From an uncultured Actinomycetes bacterium (GTDB taxonomy: Bacteria > Actinomycetota > Acidimicrobiia > IMCC26256 > PALSA-610), in contig CAVUFH010000003.1 of assembly GCA_963740835.1 (NCBI GenBank), positions 644,588 through 708,587 on the forward strand: DNA of 64,000 nucleotides, written 5' to 3'. Positions 59,754 through 64,000 of this stretch are shown in pieces (positions within the stretch are counted from its first letter, which is position 1; each line of letters starts with the position of its first letter). The notes beneath the pieces are model-generated. The model ran no database searches. It was not told the origin of the DNA and saw nothing but the letters and a program-made list of their open reading frames with translations. The position numbers were made by a program, and so were the translations under genes.

Positions 59754-60973
59754 CGGACCGTTACGTCGTCATCTCCGCCGACGGCCATGCCGGCCCGCCC
59801 TCGTCGGTCTACCGGGACTACCTGGACCCGGGATTCCGCGACCGCTTCGACGAGCACCAGCGGATGATGACCGAGCTGCGTGAAGCGATGGGCAACAACG
59901 ACAGCGCCTTCCGCGAGGAGTGGGAAGCGGAGACCGACGGCGACGGCGGCCTCACCGCCGCGTTCGACTCCGATGCGCGCAACGCGATCCTCGATACCGA
60001 AGGAGTCGTCGCGGAGGTGCTGTTCCCCGACGCCGACGTGTTGGGGACCGGCCGGATCGCGGCGTCGCCGTTCGGTACCGGCCTCGCAGGCGCGGCCGAC
60101 AACGCCGACGAAGCGATCGCCGGCAGTCGCGCGCACAACCGTTGGCTCGCGGATTTCGTGCGCGCGGAGCCCGATCGCCGCATCGGCGTCGCGGTGATCC
60201 CCGCGATCATCCCCGACATGGACACCGTGCTCGCGTTGGTGCGCGAAGCGAAGGAGCTCGGGCACCGCGGCATCCTCATCCCGACCCGTTGGTTCGACCG
60301 GCCCGCGTATCACGACCCCTGGTACGAACCGCTCTGGACGCTCACCGAGGAGCTCGGCCTGGTATTGCACACGCACTCGGGCGCAGGCCCGAGCGACATC
60401 GGCCTCGGCCCGGGCATGCTGCCGATCTACGCGTCGGAAGCGGGCTGGTGGGCGGCGCGTCCACTCGCGGTGTTGATATGGGGTGGCATCTTCGAACGCC
60501 ATCCCGACCTCAAGTACTCGATGGCCGAGAACGCGGCGTGGTGGGTCCCCGACCAGATCCGCAAGATGGACGAGAAGTGGGTCGGCGGCCACAACACCCG
60601 CAAGTTCGGCAACGCGTTCCGTGAAGGACTGTCGATGAAGCCGAGCGACTACCTCAACCGCAACTGCTTCTTCGGCGCGTCGACCCCGGGCGAAGACGAC
60701 ATCGAGCGCCGCTATCTGATCGGGATCGGCAACATCATGTGGGGCAACGACCTCCCGCATCCCGAGGGCACGTTCCCGTACACGCGCTACTGGATCCGGG
60801 AACGGTTCAAGGACGTCCCCGAAGCGGAGACCCGACGCATCCTCGGCCTCACCGCGGCCGCGGTGTACGGCGTCGACGTCGCTGCGCTCCGGCCCCTCGC
60901 GGAACGCATTGGCCCGACGCTCGACGAAGTGCACGGCGACACCCCGTTGCCGCGCGTCCCCGCCCGCGTCTGA
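59750..60973 (+). CDS. Amidohydrolase-2 family protein
   Basis: GTG within GTGA, overlapping the SDR stop. SADGH...LHTHSG...MWGNDLPHPEG patterns. Confidence 0.7.
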   Translation: MTDRYVVISADGHAGPPSSVYRDYLDPGFRDRFDEHQRMMTELREAMGNNDSAFREEWEAETDGDGGLTAAFDSDARNAILDTEGVVAEVLFPDADVLGTGRIAASPFGTGLAGAADNADEAIAGSRAHNRWLADFVRAEPDRRIGVAVIPAIIPDMDTVLALVREAKELGHRGILIPTRWFDRPAYHDPWYEPLWTLTEELGLVLHTHSGAGPSDIGLGPGMLPIYASEAGWWAARPLAVLIWGGIFERHPDLKYSMAENAAWWVPDQIRKMDEKWVGGHNTRKFGNAFREGLSMKPSDYLNRNCFFGASTPGEDDIERRYLIGIGNIMWGNDLPHPEGTFPYTRYWIRERFKDVPEAETRRILGLTAAAVYGVDVAALRPLAERIGPTLDEVHGDTPLPRVPARV

Positions 60974-60998
60974 GCACAGGAGCAACCCAGGAGTCATC

Positions 60999-62018
60999 AT
61001 GTCGATCAGCGAGCACGGCTACGAGACGTTCACCGGGTTCCCGATGCCGAAGGACCCGCAGGCGCTGGTGGACCGCGGCCGCCGCCCGATCGTGCGCACC
61101 GCGACGCACGAACGTCGGTTCCCGTTCCCCGTCCCGAACGGTTGGTTCATTGTCGCGGAGGCGCGGGACCTGACGCCGGGTGAAGTGCGTACGTTCCATG
61201 TGTTCGGCCGTGACGTCGTGCTGTTCCGCGGTGACGACGGCGCGCCGCACGTGGTCGACGCGTACTGCGCGCACCTCGGCGCGCACATCGGCGTCGGCGG
61301 ACGCGTCGAAGGCGACTGCATCCGCTGCCCGTTCCACGGCTGGCGCTACGACGGCGATACCGGGCAGTGTCAGGAGATCCCGTACGGGAACATGGAGCGC
61401 GTGCCGAGTCAGGCGCGCATCCGTGCGTATCCGTGCATCGAGCGCGACCAGATGATCTGGGCCTGGCACCATGGCGAACGGGGCGAACCGTTCTACGACG
61501 TGCCCGAGGTGCCGGAGCTGTTCGATCCCGACTGGCTGCCCTACGAGATCGTCGAGTTCGACGTGGCGACCTGTTGTCAGGAGATGGCGGAGAACAATGT
61601 CGACTTCGCCCACTTCATGTACGTGCACGGCAGCGACGCGATCCCCGACGACGAGTTCGTCATCGACGGCTCGTACAAGCGTACGGTCGGTGCCGACGGA
61701 AACTTCGTGCGCGAAGGGTTCGGCCTCGGGCTGGGCGTGCTGCGCATCAAGGGTTACACGACGTTCATCTCCTCGACGACGCCGATCGACGAGGAGAACG
61801 TGAAGGTCCGCTGGATCTTCACGTCGCCGGTCGCGAACGGGCCCGATGCCGCCCGGCAAGCCGCGGTCAACTTCTCGGCGGGCGTGAGCCAGGACCTGCC
61901 GATCTGGGAGAACAAGCGCTACGTCGAGCGACCGGTGCTGACCAAGAGCGAGAAGAAGCTGCTCGAGCAGCGCGAGTGGGCCAAGCAGTTCTACTCCGCC
62001 TACGAGCCGCAGCAATGA
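60999..62018 (+). CDS. Rieske [2Fe-2S] non-heme iron oxygenase, KshA-like (3-ketosteroid-9alpha-hydroxylase oxygenase-type)
   Basis: AGGAG-N6-ATG. Rieske motif CAHLGAHIG...CIRCPFHGW. Mononuclear iron ligands reside in the downstream domain (…NNVDFAHFMYVHG…). Confidence 0.7.
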   Translation: MSISEHGYETFTGFPMPKDPQALVDRGRRPIVRTATHERRFPFPVPNGWFIVAEARDLTPGEVRTFHVFGRDVVLFRGDDGAPHVVDAYCAHLGAHIGVGGRVEGDCIRCPFHGWRYDGDTGQCQEIPYGNMERVPSQARIRAYPCIERDQMIWAWHHGERGEPFYDVPEVPELFDPDWLPYEIVEFDVATCCQEMAENNVDFAHFMYVHGSDAIPDDEFVIDGSYKRTVGADGNFVREGFGLGLGVLRIKGYTTFISSTTPIDEENVKVRWIFTSPVANGPDAARQAAVNFSAGVSQDLPIWENKRYVERPVLTKSEKKLLEQREWAKQFYSAYEPQQ

Positions 62019-62737
62019 GCGCGTGGGTCGGGCAGTACTGCCTGTACGTCCGGGATCTGGAGCGCAGCGTCAAGTTCTACGAGGCGCTCGGGCTCTCGTG
62101 CACGAGCCGCACCGACCTCGACACGATCAAGGAGGCGATCGTCGAGAACCCCGACAAGGGCGGCAAGCTCCAGCTCGCGCAGAAGGTCGATGTCGATGAC
62201 GCGATCGATATGGGCAACGCGTTCTGGAAGCTGTACGTCGCCACCAACGACATCGACCAGATGTTCGCCGACGCGGTTGCGGGCGGTGGCGAAGTCGGGT
62301 CCGCGCCGGTGCGGATGGAGCAGTGGCCGATGTCGGTCGGGTTCGTCACGGATCCCGACGGCTACCTCGTCGAGCTCACCCAGCGCCATCCGTGGAAGGA
62401 CGGTGACTCGCGCACGTACGCGTGGCTCAACCAGTACTGCATCTATGTGAGCGACCTCGAGCGGACGATTGCGTTCTACGAGTTGCTCGGCCTCGAGTGC
62501 ACCAGCCGCACCGACATCCCGCACGCGAAGGAAGCCATCCTCGAGAACACCGAGCGCGGTGGCAAGATCCAGCTCGCGCAACAGCTCGACAACGACGCAC
62601 CGATCGCGATGGGCACCGCGATGTGGAAGCTGTGCATCGACACGGACGATCGCAGCGGACTCCTCTCCGACCCGGATGGCTACCAGGTCGAGCTCGTGCG
62701 ACGGCACCCCGACGTGAGCCCGGCCGCTACGGCGTGA
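62015..62737 (+). CDS. Tandem two-domain VOC (glyoxalase/bleomycin-resistance/dioxygenase) family protein
   Basis: Two repeated halves (…QYCLYVRDLERSVKFYEALGLSCTSRTD… and …QYCIYVSDLERTIAFYELLGLECTSRTD…). The ATG sits within ATGA, overlapping the oxygenase stop. Confidence 0.8.
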   Translation: MSAWVGQYCLYVRDLERSVKFYEALGLSCTSRTDLDTIKEAIVENPDKGGKLQLAQKVDVDDAIDMGNAFWKLYVATNDIDQMFADAVAGGGEVGSAPVRMEQWPMSVGFVTDPDGYLVELTQRHPWKDGDSRTYAWLNQYCIYVSDLERTIAFYELLGLECTSRTDIPHAKEAILENTERGGKIQLAQQLDNDAPIAMGTAMWKLCIDTDDRSGLLSDPDGYQVELVRRHPDVSPAATA

Positions 62738-64000
62738 CGATCGGGAACGTCGACCCTGGGGGGTCGAGGACGGCGAGCAGGCGTGGCACCGTGCCGAGGT
62801 CACCTTGGGTGCCGATGCCGTCGAAGCCCGCGCCACCGAGCAGCGCCAACAGCTGAGGCTTCGTGAGCGTGACCGTGAGATCGGCACTGCCCTCGCCGGG
62901 ATCGACGCGCCGGATGAGCACGCCGTTCGTCAACTCCGTTCGGTAGGTGTGCCCGAGGTCGGTGAACACCCAGTCGATGGTCAGGTGTTGGGCCCAAGCC
63001 TTCGGGCCGTTGACGCGGATGGCGAGGGAATCGAAGAGCTGGTCGACCGTGAGGGCCCGCACCATGTCGTTCGCTCCGGCGAGGTCGAGCGCGGCCGCGG
63101 CCACACCGTTGCGCAGTTCCTCCGCGCCTTGCAGGTAGAAGTTGCGCCACGTCCCGTTCTCGGCGCCGAAGCCGAGCGTCTCGTAGACACCGGCCAGGAT
63201 TTCGCGTGCCGCGCTGTTGTTCTCGTCTGCGAACACGACGTGGTTCAGCAGCTCGGCGGCGAAGCGCAAATCGCCGGCGTCGATGTAGCCCTGCGCCTTG
63301 GCGATCACGATGGCGGCGCCGCCGAACGCGTCGACGTATCGCGTCGCGGCTGCGACGGGCGGGTGCTGCCACAGGTGCGCGGGGTTGCCGTCGAACCAAC
63401 CGAGGTAGCGCTGGTAGATCGCCTTCACGTTGTGGCTCACCGACCCGTAGTACCCGTGCGTGTGCCACGCGGCCTCGAGTGCGGGTGGCATCTCGATCAT
63501 CTCGGCGATCTCGATGCCGGTGTAGCCCTGGTTCATGAGCCGAAGGGTCTGGTCGTGGAGGTACGCGTACAGGTCGCGCTGCTGCGAGAGGTATGTCACC
63601 ACGCGGTCCCGACCCCATATCGGCCAGTGGTGCGACGCGAACGCGACGTCGGTCTCGTCCGCGAAGAGCGTCACCGCTTCATTGAGGTAGTAGGCCCAGA
63701 TCCGTGCGTCGCGGACCACCGCGCCGCGGAGCGTCAGCAGGTTGTGCAGGTTGTGGGTTGCGTTCTCGGCCATGCACAGCACGTGCCGTTCCGGGAAGAG
63801 GAAGTTCATCTCGACCGGGCACTCGGTGCCCGGTGTCATCTGGAACCGGATCCGCACACCGTCGAGGGTCTCTTCCTGACCGGTGTGTGTGATCTCGAGT
63901 GTCGGCGTGATGACACCCACCGCGCCGAGCGAGGTGGTCTGGCCGAGGCCCGCGCCGATCTGGCCGCGCGGGCCCTTGGCGAGCTTGGCGCCGTACATGT
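62727..64000 (-). CDS. MBL-fold alkyl/aryl-sulfatase (SdsA1-like), C-terminal ~420 aa. The N-terminus lies beyond the window end
   Basis: Dimerisation and SCP2-like C-terminal regions, and the pattern ...ASHHWPIWGRD..., match type III (metallo-beta-lactamase) sulfatases. The ORF is open to the window edge. Confidence 0.7.
   Translation of the reverse strand, partial: MYGAKLAKGPRGQIGAGLGQTTSLGAVGVITPTLEITHTGQEETLDGVRIRFQMTPGTECPVEMNFLFPERHVLCMAENATHNLHNLLTLRGAVVRDARIWAYYLNEAVTLFADETDVAFASHHWPIWGRDRVVTYLSQQRDLYAYLHDQTLRLMNQGYTGIEIAEMIEMPPALEAAWHTHGYYGSVSHNVKAIYQRYLGWFDGNPAHLWQHPPVAAATRYVDAFGGAAIVIAKAQGYIDAGDLRFAAELLNHVVFADENNSAAREILAGVYETLGFGAENGTWRNFYLQGAEELRNGVAAAALDLAGANDMVRALTVDQLFDSLAIRVNGPKAWAQHLTIDWVFTDLGHTYRTELTNGVLIRRVDPGEGSADLTVTLTKPQLLALLGGAGFDGIGTQGDLGTVPRLLAVLDPPGSTFPIVTP

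Noticed and set aside
1-64000. A search for CRISPR arrays, tRNA/rRNA genes, transposases, integrases, phage genes and toxin-antitoxin pairs
   Set aside because: No regularly spaced repeats, no cloverleaf-compatible conserved tRNA features, and no DDE/tyrosine-recombinase-like ORFs were seen. The only repeats are the short tandem duplications reported above and the Thr/Pro linker repeats inside coding regions.

Overview
This is a chromosomal window from a high-GC actinobacterium. It holds about 50 densely packed protein-coding genes. I found no rRNA, tRNA, CRISPR array, transposase or integrase.

Main contents, in order along the window:
- A 5' partial cytochrome bd oxidase subunit I gene (cydA) running off the window start.
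- Several membrane proteins, a ClC chloride channel, a formylglycine-type arylsulfatase, two MFS transporters, a GMC oxidoreductase and an SDR.
- A GH15 glucoamylase/trehalase-like hydrolase and a type-II NADH dehydrogenase (ndh).
- An Abhydrolase_9 membrane hydrolase, a META-domain lipoprotein and a secreted metallophosphoesterase.
- A TetR-regulated DHA2 efflux pump.
- A ~1450-aa LPXTG-anchored surface protein built from a lectin-like domain plus about nine DUF11 repeats.
- A flotillin/SPFH protein, an acyl-CoA dehydrogenase, a Baeyer-Villiger-type monooxygenase, amidohydrolases, an MprF-like DUF2156 protein and a membrane-anchored GH43.
- A SipW-type signal peptidase next to two secreted proteins that share a post-signal motif.
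- A GH13 alpha-glucosidase.
- A four-gene translationally coupled operon: UGSC-like protein, unknown protein, NifU-like protein, MarR.
- A Liv-type ABC importer with unusual fusions (MFS-LivF and LivH-LivM-LivG).
- A catabolic cluster: TetR, P450, SDR, amidohydrolase, KshA-like Rieske oxygenase, tandem VOC protein, and a 3'-partial MBL-type alkylsulfatase.

The striking global feature is that at least nine genes are broken by one-base frameshifts. These lie almost always inside G5 or (CG)n runs. One further gene is broken by a 23-bp tandem duplication. This points to either indel-prone assembly or ongoing pseudogenisation. All gene calls come from reading the six-frame translations, and no database search was run.
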